Source: Streptosporangiaceae bacterium
Lineage (GTDB): Bacteria; Actinomycetota; Actinomycetes; Streptosporangiales; Streptosporangiaceae
Length of the DNA stretch: 64,000 bases
Direction: 5' to 3'
Assembly (NCBI GenBank): GCA_035642125.1
Contig: DASQSZ010000034.1
Coordinates: 2,977-66,976, forward strand
Every line of letters begins with the position of its first letter. The stretch's first letter is position 1. Shown here piece after piece: positions 41,415-48,718 of this stretch. The notes below the pieces were generated by a model. That model was not told the DNA's origin. It made no database searches and saw only the letters and a list, made by a program, of their open reading frames with translations. Position numbers and translations under genes: made by a program.

Positions 41415-42160
41415 CAGAACACCGTCCCGGCGATCTGATTTTTGTTGATCATCACGGCGAAGGTCACGGAGGAGAATCCGCCGGTCGTGACCGTGACGGC
41501 ACGCACGTATCGGCGGATCGTCGCCGTGTTCGAGATCGCGATCCGCTGCGTCGTCGGCGCCGCGGTGACCTGCGTGAACGCGAGGCTGGCCACGTCGGCG
41601 AAGGTGGAGTCGTCCGCCGAGTCCTGGATCTTGATCGTGACGTCGGTGCCGGTGAACGCGAACACCTGCAGGTACGCCTGCCCGCCGAAGGATGCGGAGG
41701 CGGTGGTGTCGATGCTGGCGCCGTTCGTCGCCGCCGAATCGGTGCGCTTGCCGGCGGTCAGGGACCGGCCCCACTCCAGCCCGTAGCCGTTCGCGAGCGC
41801 CTGGACCTGCATTCGCAGCGCGCCGCTGGTGGGCCTGTTGCCGTCGTAGTTGATCTGCTTGCCGACCAGGCACGCGACCGGATTCCCGAGCGTCGTACCC
41901 CGGAAGTACGACACCACCACATCCGAGGTCGGGAGCGCCGACAGGACCGGGTGCGCCCGACTGGCTGCCGGGTTGAAGTAGGAAACCCACTCGATCTGGC
42001 CGTCGCGGGTGAGTTCGATCCGCTCTTGGGCGTACACGTCGATGCCCGGGACCTCGTCGACTGTCTTCGGGCAGGAGATGTTGCTCAGCGAGTTGGTGTC
42101 GCCGGACAGGTCGTAGCCGCCGCTGTAGAAGTTGTCGCCGAGGCCGGACTCTTTACCCAT
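41414..42160 (-). CDS. major tail (tube) protein
   Basis: 248 aa; position after the neck genes; Ser/Thr/Gly-rich beta-type composition typical of actinophage major tail proteins. Confidence 0.65.
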   Translation of the reverse strand: MGKESGLGDNFYSGGYDLSGDTNSLSNISCPKTVDEVPGIDVYAQERIELTRDGQIEWVSYFNPAASRAHPVLSALPTSDVVVSYFRGTTLGNPVACLVGKQINYDGNRPTSGALRMQVQALANGYGLEWGRSLTAGKRTDSAATNGASIDTTASASFGGQAYLQVFAFTGTDVTIKIQDSADDSTFADVASLAFTQVTAAPTTQRIAISNTATIRRYVRAVTVTTGGFSSVTFAVMINKNQIAGTVF

Positions 42161-42464
42161 GGCTCACCTCGCCTTTGTCTTCGATCGGCTCGATGCGGCC
42201 GCCCAGCAGCGAGTTCTTACGGTGGGTGCACAGCGCGAGGACTTCCTCGTCGTGGCCATCACGGAGTGCCTCGTACGCGCTGGTCGCAAGGTTGAGGACG
42301 AGATCCGGGATCGTGTGGAGGTACACGCCGCGGCCGACCAGGACACCGTTCCGCGACGCCGAGAGAGCCTCGACGTGGTGTGTGGCGGCGTCGAGGTCGC
42401 GGTACCAGCGCAGCACCAATCCGTCCTGGATGGTGTGGTAGCCGATCACGACGAAGCTGCTCAT
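42153..42464 (-). CDS. hypothetical neck/tail protein (103 aa)
   Basis: ATGA overlap upstream; 8-nt overlap with the tube gene. Confidence 0.5.
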   Translation of the reverse strand: MSSFVVIGYHTIQDGLVLRWYRDLDAATHHVEALSASRNGVLVGRGVYLHTIPDLVLNLATSAYEALRDGHDEEVLALCTHRKNSLLGGRIEPIEDKGEVSHG

Positions 42465-42919
42465 GGGCTTTGACTCCAAAGATCGTTGATCACGCACGGG
42501 ACGGAAACGTCCAAGATCCGATACAGGCGTCCGTCCTGCGGCACATAGCCCGCCCGGGCGAACATGCCCTGCCCGAACTCGCCGAGCAGATCCACGTCCC
42601 GCACCTCGCCGCCGAGCGTGAAGTCGCCGGAGTAGGCACCCATGAGCGCGTCCGCCGCGGCGACAACCTCGGGGTCGATGGCGTCTTGCGGCAGGGACGT
42701 CATGTTCTTGTAGATCCGCACGTTGAACACCACCAGCACCGTCGTGGCGTTCAGCCCGGACGCTGCTGCAAGGGGCCGGATCTCCTGGATCCACATCGCG
42801 CCGGTCAGCAAGCCCTCCGGCGCACTCTTGGGTTCGTGCTGGTTGACCTGCTCCAGATGCCCGATCGACTGGGCGTGCGAGATCAGCGCGTCGAACAAAC
42901 CAGTGATGTCAAGGCTCAT
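42461..42919 (-). CDS. putative tail terminator / neck protein (152 aa)
   Basis: Call rests on position between the gp10-like and tube genes. Confidence 0.45.
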   Translation of the reverse strand: MSLDITGLFDALISHAQSIGHLEQVNQHEPKSAPEGLLTGAMWIQEIRPLAAASGLNATTVLVVFNVRIYKNMTSLPQDAIDPEVVAAADALMGAYSGDFTLGGEVRDVDLLGEFGQGMFARAGYVPQDGRLYRILDVSVPCVINDLWSQSP

Positions 42920-43296
42920 TGCATCCTCGCAAGGTGGGGACGCAGCGCGTTGTCCGCGATCGGCCCGGCCTCAGCTTCGGTCTTCTGCGCGGCGCGCCGA
43001 AAGCTTGAGTAGCCCTTGAACCGGGTCGTTTTGTTGCGGGAGCCGGTGCCCTCGAGCCAGGGGCCGTAGATGACGCCACGGTCGTGCACCGTCCGTTGGG
43101 CGATGCTGGAGTCGACGACGATCTGGGTTTCGTAATACGGCGTCGGATTGCGAATGGAGGCGTCGAGGAAGGCCATGACGTTCGCGTACGCCTGCTGGGC
43201 GACGTCGTCGAGGATGTCGTCCTCGGCGGCGGCGAGCTCGGCGCGCGCGCGGCCGTCGAACAGGGGCCCGGAGATGTCGACGTCGATCGTGGCCAT
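42916..43296 (-). CDS. HK97 gp10-family head-tail joining protein
   Basis: 126 aa; GPWLEGTGSRNKTTRFKGY and N-terminal DISGPLFDG pattern; start MATIDVD (43296). Confidence 0.7.
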   Translation of the reverse strand: MATIDVDISGPLFDGRARAELAAAEDDILDDVAQQAYANVMAFLDASIRNPTPYYETQIVVDSSIAQRTVHDRGVIYGPWLEGTGSRNKTTRFKGYSSFRRAAQKTEAEAGPIADNALRPHLARMQ

Positions 43297-44378
43297 CAAA
43301 CCGCCCCCGTCCGGGCGCGCCGGCCGTACGCCCGACACACGTCCTTGGTCAGGGCGGCGATGCCGCGGCCGGTGAACTCCCGCTGGTGGTCCCCCGCGCC
43401 GGCCACCCGCGCGTACCCCGAGCCCTCCTGCAGCACCTGGTTCAGCGCCAGTCCGAGCGCGAGGTCGCGCACCAGCGGCGGCGCCACCCATCGGGAAACG
43501 GCCGCCGCGTCGCTGTGGGAGGCGGCGGTGCTGCCGGTTGCGGCGCGCCGTACGGTCAGTGCGCGGGGCGCGTAGATGTCGGCGGCCGCCGCGTGGGCGG
43601 CCAGCACGGTCCCGTCGTAGGCGCGGATCACCGTCGCCACCGTGCCAGCCACATCTGTGACGAGCATCCGTTCCGAATCGATCAGGATCACCTCGTCTAC
43701 CGCCGGGGCGTTCGTGGCGGTGGACAGGGTGATCGACACGTCGTTCTTGGTGGCGGTGAGGGAGTCGGCGGCGGCGATGTTGACGCCGGTGTCCGCCATC
43801 GTCTTGTTGGTGACCAGCAGTCGCTCAGTGTCGATGACGATCAGGTCCCCGACGCCGACCTGGCTGGAGTCGGTGACGGTCAGGCTGGTGACCGAGGCGT
43901 TGATGGCGCCGTTCAGGGCGCCGGCCGGCGCGGTGTCGGCGGTGTAGCCCCATACCCCGGTGATGGCGACGGCGCGCTGGGTGGTCGTGCCGGCGGTGAA
44001 GGCAGCCGGGCCGCCGAGGTCGATTTCGATCCGGTCGTACGGGGGGCCGTCATCGGGGCGGAGGAAGTAGTCCGATGCGGCGATGGCCTCGTCCGCGGCG
44101 GTGAGCGAGGTGACGGAGATGAGGTCGTGCTGGCCGAGCCACAACCGCCACGGCCGCGAGTCCGCCGGCCAGTCGAAGTAGCGGGTGGCGGTCTCCGGCC
44201 ACAGGCGGCGGTGCAGGAGGCCGGCGCCGCGGTTGGCGCCTTGGGCGCCGCCGTCGATGGTGTCGGAGGCGGCTTCGATGGCGCGGTCGATCTGGGCGTT
44301 GCGGCGGGCGGTTTCTTTCGCCTCGAGTGCCCGTGCAACGGTTTCCCTGCTGGTGTAGCAGGGTCTGCTGATGGCCAC
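43296..44378 (-). CDS. head-tail adaptor (gp6-like N-terminus) with large C-terminal extension
   Basis: N-terminus YTSRETVARALE...IDRAIEAASDTID resembles connector proteins; internal repeat VGDLIVIDTERLLVTNKT / VDEVILIDSERMLVTDVA; GTG start. Confidence 0.55.
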   Translation of the reverse strand: MAISRPCYTSRETVARALEAKETARRNAQIDRAIEAASDTIDGGAQGANRGAGLLHRRLWPETATRYFDWPADSRPWRLWLGQHDLISVTSLTAADEAIAASDYFLRPDDGPPYDRIEIDLGGPAAFTAGTTTQRAVAITGVWGYTADTAPAGALNGAINASVTSLTVTDSSQVGVGDLIVIDTERLLVTNKTMADTGVNIAAADSLTATKNDVSITLSTATNAPAVDEVILIDSERMLVTDVAGTVATVIRAYDGTVLAAHAAAADIYAPRALTVRRAATGSTAASHSDAAAVSRWVAPPLVRDLALGLALNQVLQEGSGYARVAGAGDHQREFTGRGIAALTKDVCRAYGRRARTGAV

Positions 44379-44490
44379 CTAGGGTCCTCGTGCTTTCCGG
44401 AGGGGTGATGGTGGTGGTGCTATTCGGTTGTGCCTCGCCGGGCCGGTCTCCCCAGCCGACTGGGGCGGGACCCCACCACCCGGCGAGGAG

Positions 44491-44679
44491 CTATCGAAGC
44501 TGGTCGCCGACGTATCGGTCGCCCGGCCGCCACCCGTCCCACGCGCAATACAGTCCGCCGTCCGGGCCGGTGCGCAACGGCTCGCCGTCGTTCGGGCACG
44601 CCGTCGGCGGCTCCGTCTGCTCGGCTGCCGCCTCGGCGACGCCTTCGCGAACGATGTCGACGAGCTGCTGCCACGACAC
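44491..44679 (-). CDS. small hypothetical protein (62 aa)
   Basis: ORF-track entry with GTG start. Confidence 0.4.
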   Translation of the reverse strand: MSWQQLVDIVREGVAEAAAEQTEPPTACPNDGEPLRTGPDGGLYCAWDGWRPGDRYVGDQLR

Positions 44680-44682
44680 CGG

Positions 44683-45291
44683 TCAGCCCGCCTCGTCTGC
44701 CTGTTCGGCCTCGGCGGCCTTGACGGCCTCGATGAGTTGGGTCTTGGTCATGTCGTCGGCGCCGTCGATGGCGAGGTGCTGGGCATAGGCGAGCCACGCC
44801 GATTTCGGGTCGGCCGGGGCCGGCCGAGCCACCTGCTCGACCGGGTCGGCCGGGGCCGGCTCGGTGGGCGCGGTCTGCGTCTGGGCCAGCGTGGCCGGCG
44901 GCGGGGCAACCTCCGCCGCGGCGGGCGCCGGCGCGACGGCTTCGACCGCTGCTTGTTGGTCGGCCGCCGCGTGGGTCGCGCCTCCATGCCGGGTGATCTT
45001 CCCTGCCACGTCTTCCTCCTCGTCTCGCAACGGCCAGCCGGCCACGGTCTCCATCGCGGATCTGCACCGGAGGCACAGCAAGCCCGGCACCTCGACGACG
45101 CCGGGGGCCGGCTGGCGCATCATTACTCGCCGCTGCACCCCGTACGCCGGGCACCACTCGGCCGAACAGCGGACGATTACCGCTGGGAGCACGCTCCCGC
45201 CTTCCTGCTGGATCTCGCTGGATCCGCAGTGCGGGCATGCGGAAAGGCCGGCCGCTATCCCGGGAATCCCGCATGCCGTGCACCGCTGCAT
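44683..45291 (-). CDS. Zn-ribbon protein with Ala/Pro-rich linker and C-terminal helical (Rho_N/SAP-like) motif
   Basis: CTACG...CPHCG, CLRC; C-terminus AWLAYAQHLAIDGADDMTKTQLIEAVKAAE. Confidence 0.45.
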   Translation of the reverse strand: MQRCTACGIPGIAAGLSACPHCGSSEIQQEGGSVLPAVIVRCSAEWCPAYGVQRRVMMRQPAPGVVEVPGLLCLRCRSAMETVAGWPLRDEEEDVAGKITRHGGATHAAADQQAAVEAVAPAPAAAEVAPPPATLAQTQTAPTEPAPADPVEQVARPAPADPKSAWLAYAQHLAIDGADDMTKTQLIEAVKAAEAEQADEAG

Positions 45292-45292
45292 C

Positions 45293-45739
45293 TCAGGCCG
45301 CCACCAGCGTGGCGCCGTCGGTCAGCGGGATCCACATGCAGTAGACGGTCATGGCACCATCCACGTTGGTGCCGGCCGAGTCGATCTCCACCGTGCCGGT
45401 CGACACAACCGCCTGCGCGGGCGGGCCGTTCCGAACGAACGCGGCCGAGTCCGGCTCCCAGCCAAGGACCGTCCCCGCCGCTGTGTCGGTCGTGCCCAGG
45501 TCACCAGCGACGATCGGGGAGGTGTCCCCGGTTGTAGGGTTGGCCTGGATCGTGACCGTGTTCGCGACCGTGATCGCTGTGGTCACCTTCGCCCACAAAG
45601 CGGTGATCAACACCTCGCCGCCCGCGACCGTGAACAACGACGGCGTCACATCCTCGTCGAGCGTGCCAGTCGCCTTGGAGACGACGCCGCGGCCGAGCGC
45701 GATGGTGCGGAGCTCGTCGCCCTGAATGATCGTTGTCAT
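45293..45739 (-). CDS. hypothetical head-region protein (148 aa)
   Basis: Beta-rich, Thr/Val/Gly-rich; position suggests decoration or accessory role. Confidence 0.45.
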   Translation of the reverse strand: MTTIIQGDELRTIALGRGVVSKATGTLDEDVTPSLFTVAGGEVLITALWAKVTTAITVANTVTIQANPTTGDTSPIVAGDLGTTDTAAGTVLGWEPDSAAFVRNGPPAQAVVSTGTVEIDSAGTNVDGAMTVYCMWIPLTDGATLVAA

Positions 45740-45751
45740 CGATCAGCCTCC

Positions 45752-46261
45752 TCAGCTCAGCGGAGCGGCCAGGTTGGCCGGAGTCCGCTGCACATGCAGG
45801 TCGTGCAGGATGTACAGGCACCCCGACAGTTGGGCGTTGGAACCTTCCCCGCCGGAGTTGAGCGAAATGTAGGAGTAGCCGTCGGACAGCTGATCGGCGT
45901 CGACCTCGATGACGAGGATCTGCTGCTCCTCGGCGCTGGTGCCGGCGCCGCCCGCCTCGGTGATCTCGCTGGCCGCTGACTGGGTGTGCTTCGCCCAGGT
46001 CTCGTCACCGTCCAAGGTGGCTTCGGCCTTGAGGTAGTAGTGGTCCACGATGTCCAGGTCGGCGGTTGTACCGCCCGAACTGGCGGTGTGCTGCTGAAGG
46101 TCGTAGGAATGGTCGTCCCCGGCTGTGCCGGCGGCCTTGAAAACGACGATCGTGCAGCCGCCCGCGTTTCGGAGGCTGACCCGCTTGCCGGTCTGCGCGG
46201 CCTGGGCGTCGACAGGCACCCAGCCGGTTGACAGATCGAACAGCCTACCTAGTGCTTCCAT
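45752..46261 (-). CDS. hypothetical head-region protein (169 aa)
   Basis: Lies immediately downstream of the capsid gene. Confidence 0.45.
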   Translation of the reverse strand: MEALGRLFDLSTGWVPVDAQAAQTGKRVSLRNAGGCTIVVFKAAGTAGDDHSYDLQQHTASSGGTTADLDIVDHYYLKAEATLDGDETWAKHTQSAASEITEAGGAGTSAEEQQILVIEVDADQLSDGYSYISLNSGGEGSNAQLSGCLYILHDLHVQRTPANLAAPLS

Positions 46262-46338
46262 CTGGTGTTTCCTCTCCGGCCGGGGCGTTACTGCCGCGGC
46301 CTGGCTCGCCCTACCGCCGGTCGGCTCGGGCTAGGGGT

Positions 46339-47727
46339 TTAGCGGGCTGCCAGCTCCACAAACGGGGACAGGCTGTTGCCGCCGTTACGGGGGGTGATCG
46401 CCGAGGAGATCCACGGGCGGCCGTCGACCCGCTGGATGATGCGGTAGGCGGTCTGGTCGTTGCCGAACTTCCAATCCGTCGAGCTCGAGGCGGTCATGGA
46501 TTGGCGGTCGCCGATCAGGTAGTAGGACAGGTCGACGAAGGCGATGTCGCCGCGGTTACCGAGGGCGCCGGCCTTTTCGGTGACGACGATGGGCCGGCCG
46601 AACAGAGTGGAGGGGCCCTGGTTGGCGGCGTTGACGATGAACACCGAGTTGCCGCCGGTCCCGACTGACAGGGCCATGGTGAACAGCTCGGGGATGGTGT
46701 CCGGGGAGATCAGCCATACCGCCCGGTTCAGGCTGGAGGGGAGCATCCGGGCGTACATCTTGACGATGTTCTCGTAGACGATCGTGTCGGCTGGCTGCCC
46801 GGTTTCGGCGTCGACCGCGATGCCCGCCGAGTTGCCGGCGCCCAAAAAGCCGAGCGGCTGGCCTGTGCCGTTCCCCGTCATGAACGCGTCGTCTTCCTCG
46901 AACGCGAGCACCATCGGCCACAGCCGCTCGATCAACGCTGAGAAGGAGATGATCGAGTCCTGGAGCAGCTCGTTCGGCACGACGGAAAGGCCGGTGAGTT
47001 TGTTGGCGTCGAGCATGACACGGCCGAACGTCGGGTTCGCGTCTGTCAGCGCGGCGCTCTCCTCGGCCCAGTAGGCGATCATCCCGCCGAACAGGCTGGA
47101 GGCGTTGGAGGTGACGTCGATCGTGGGGAACGGCACCCTTGCGCTGTCCATGGGGACGACGGTGGCGCGGGACCGCACGACCGCCATCTCGATGGCGACC
47201 TCGAGTAGTTGGGAGCGAAGGTTCTCCGGCACGAGGTAGCCGCCGTCGGCCGGGACGCTCGAGGACGCGGCGTTGGTGATCTGCCGGATCTCGGCCAGCT
47301 TCGCGGCGTTTTCGGGGTCGGGGTTGAGGTGCCAGACGGTCTTGAAGTAGTCGGTGGCGGTGTTGAACTTGCCGTCGACGAGGGCGCCGGGGGCGTGGGG
47401 GTTGTGCGCGGCGCCCTGCCCGTAGGAGGTGAGCATCCTGGTGCGCTTGCCGCCGCCGGCTTGGGGGTTGAGGTTGAGCCGGTTGATCCGTTCGGCGTTG
47501 TCGCTGTCGACGTCCTTGTCTTTGATCAGCTGGGCGAGCTGCCGCTGAGTCTCCTCGGCGACCAGCCGGTTGAGGTCAGTGCCGGAGCCTTGGGCCTTCT
47601 CGGCGTAGGCGTCGATGAACTTCACCAGCCCGCCGGGTGAGGCAAGGATGTTCTTAAGTTGAACCTGGTCGGCGACCATTTCCGCGAGCTCTTCCGAGTT
47701 GCGCGGGATGGTCTGTGTGGGTGCCAC
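46339..47727 (-). CDS. major capsid protein, HK97-fold family
   Basis: 462 aa; GGYLVPENLRSQLLE, FGRVMLDANKL and PLGFL motifs; N-terminal delta-like coiled coil; GTG 47727 after GAAGGAGG. Confidence 0.9.
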   Translation of the reverse strand: MAPTQTIPRNSEELAEMVADQVQLKNILASPGGLVKFIDAYAEKAQGSGTDLNRLVAEETQRQLAQLIKDKDVDSDNAERINRLNLNPQAGGGKRTRMLTSYGQGAAHNPHAPGALVDGKFNTATDYFKTVWHLNPDPENAAKLAEIRQITNAASSSVPADGGYLVPENLRSQLLEVAIEMAVVRSRATVVPMDSARVPFPTIDVTSNASSLFGGMIAYWAEESAALTDANPTFGRVMLDANKLTGLSVVPNELLQDSIISFSALIERLWPMVLAFEEDDAFMTGNGTGQPLGFLGAGNSAGIAVDAETGQPADTIVYENIVKMYARMLPSSLNRAVWLISPDTIPELFTMALSVGTGGNSVFIVNAANQGPSTLFGRPIVVTEKAGALGNRGDIAFVDLSYYLIGDRQSMTASSSTDWKFGNDQTAYRIIQRVDGRPWISSAITPRNGGNSLSPFVELAAR

Positions 47728-47740
47728 TGGGTTGCCTCCT

Positions 47741-48718
47741 TCAGGCTTCCATCGCCGCGCCGGACGACGCTGAGTCGATGAGATGGGCGATTGCCGCGGA
47801 CCAGTCGTCCCTCGGGGGCTGGGTGAGCGGAGCGATCGTGTCCGTCCACCAGTCCGGGGTGTCGTCGGCCGGCAGGTTGTCCTGGTGGTCCTCGGAGCCG
47901 GATGGCTTGTGCCCATTGAGGGTGGCCACCACCGAGGCGGCGTCAGGGTCGATACCAACCAGCTCTGAGCCTTGCTCGCCTTCGAAGCTGGCGGGGATCT
48001 TCGGCGGCGGAGGGGCCTGCGTCCGGCCGGCGTAGAAGAAACACGTCAGATCGTGCTTCGCCGCGGCGGCCACGCCCTCCGGCTCTGGCTCGTCCCGCTG
48101 CCGCTTGCTGCCGGTGATGGTCTCATCAGCCAGCTTGGCTTCGACGGCCTCGGCGGCGTTGTACCAGGTCTCCGTCCGCATCCGCTGCCGCCAGTCCTCG
48201 GCGGTGCCGCCGGCGCGGTCGGCGTAGATCCCGGCGATCGTGTCGGAGACGCGGGCGAGGAGGCCGGCCATCTCGGTCATGTCGGCTTCGTTGCCGATGC
48301 ACATGCCGAGCGCGTCGTGGATCATCATCTGGCTGGCGCGGTTCATGCGGATGATGTCGCCGGCCATCGCGATGAACGAGGCGGCGCTCGCGGCGAGCCC
48401 GTCGACGGTGACGGTCACCCGGCCGTCGTGGTCGAGCAACATGTTGTAGATGGCGACGCCGTCGAAGACGTCACCGCCCGGGCTGTTGATCTTCACATGG
48501 AGGTCGCCGGTCACACCGGTCAGCCGGTCGGCGATGTCTTGGGCCATCACCCCGAACCAGCCGATCTCGTCGTAGATCATCAGCTCGGTGGGGCCGTCAG
48601 CCTGGGCCTTGACCTGCAGCCGGGGGCGTCCCTCGACTTTCGGCCGGGGCCGCTGGTTGCGCGCCTTCAGCAGCTGCCACACCTGGCCGATCAGGTCCCG
48701 GTCCACCGCGTAGCTCAT
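47741..48718 (-). CDS. head maturation protease (ClpP/S14-like)
   Basis: LMIYDEIGWFG...INSPGGDVFDGVAIYNML...AASAASFIAMAGD...MIHDA; ATGA overlap with the portal gene. Confidence 0.9.
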   Translation of the reverse strand: MSYAVDRDLIGQVWQLLKARNQRPRPKVEGRPRLQVKAQADGPTELMIYDEIGWFGVMAQDIADRLTGVTGDLHVKINSPGGDVFDGVAIYNMLLDHDGRVTVTVDGLAASAASFIAMAGDIIRMNRASQMMIHDALGMCIGNEADMTEMAGLLARVSDTIAGIYADRAGGTAEDWRQRMRTETWYNAAEAVEAKLADETITGSKRQRDEPEPEGVAAAAKHDLTCFFYAGRTQAPPPPKIPASFEGEQGSELVGIDPDAASVVATLNGHKPSGSEDHQDNLPADDTPDWWTDTIAPLTQPPRDDWSAAIAHLIDSASSGAAMEA

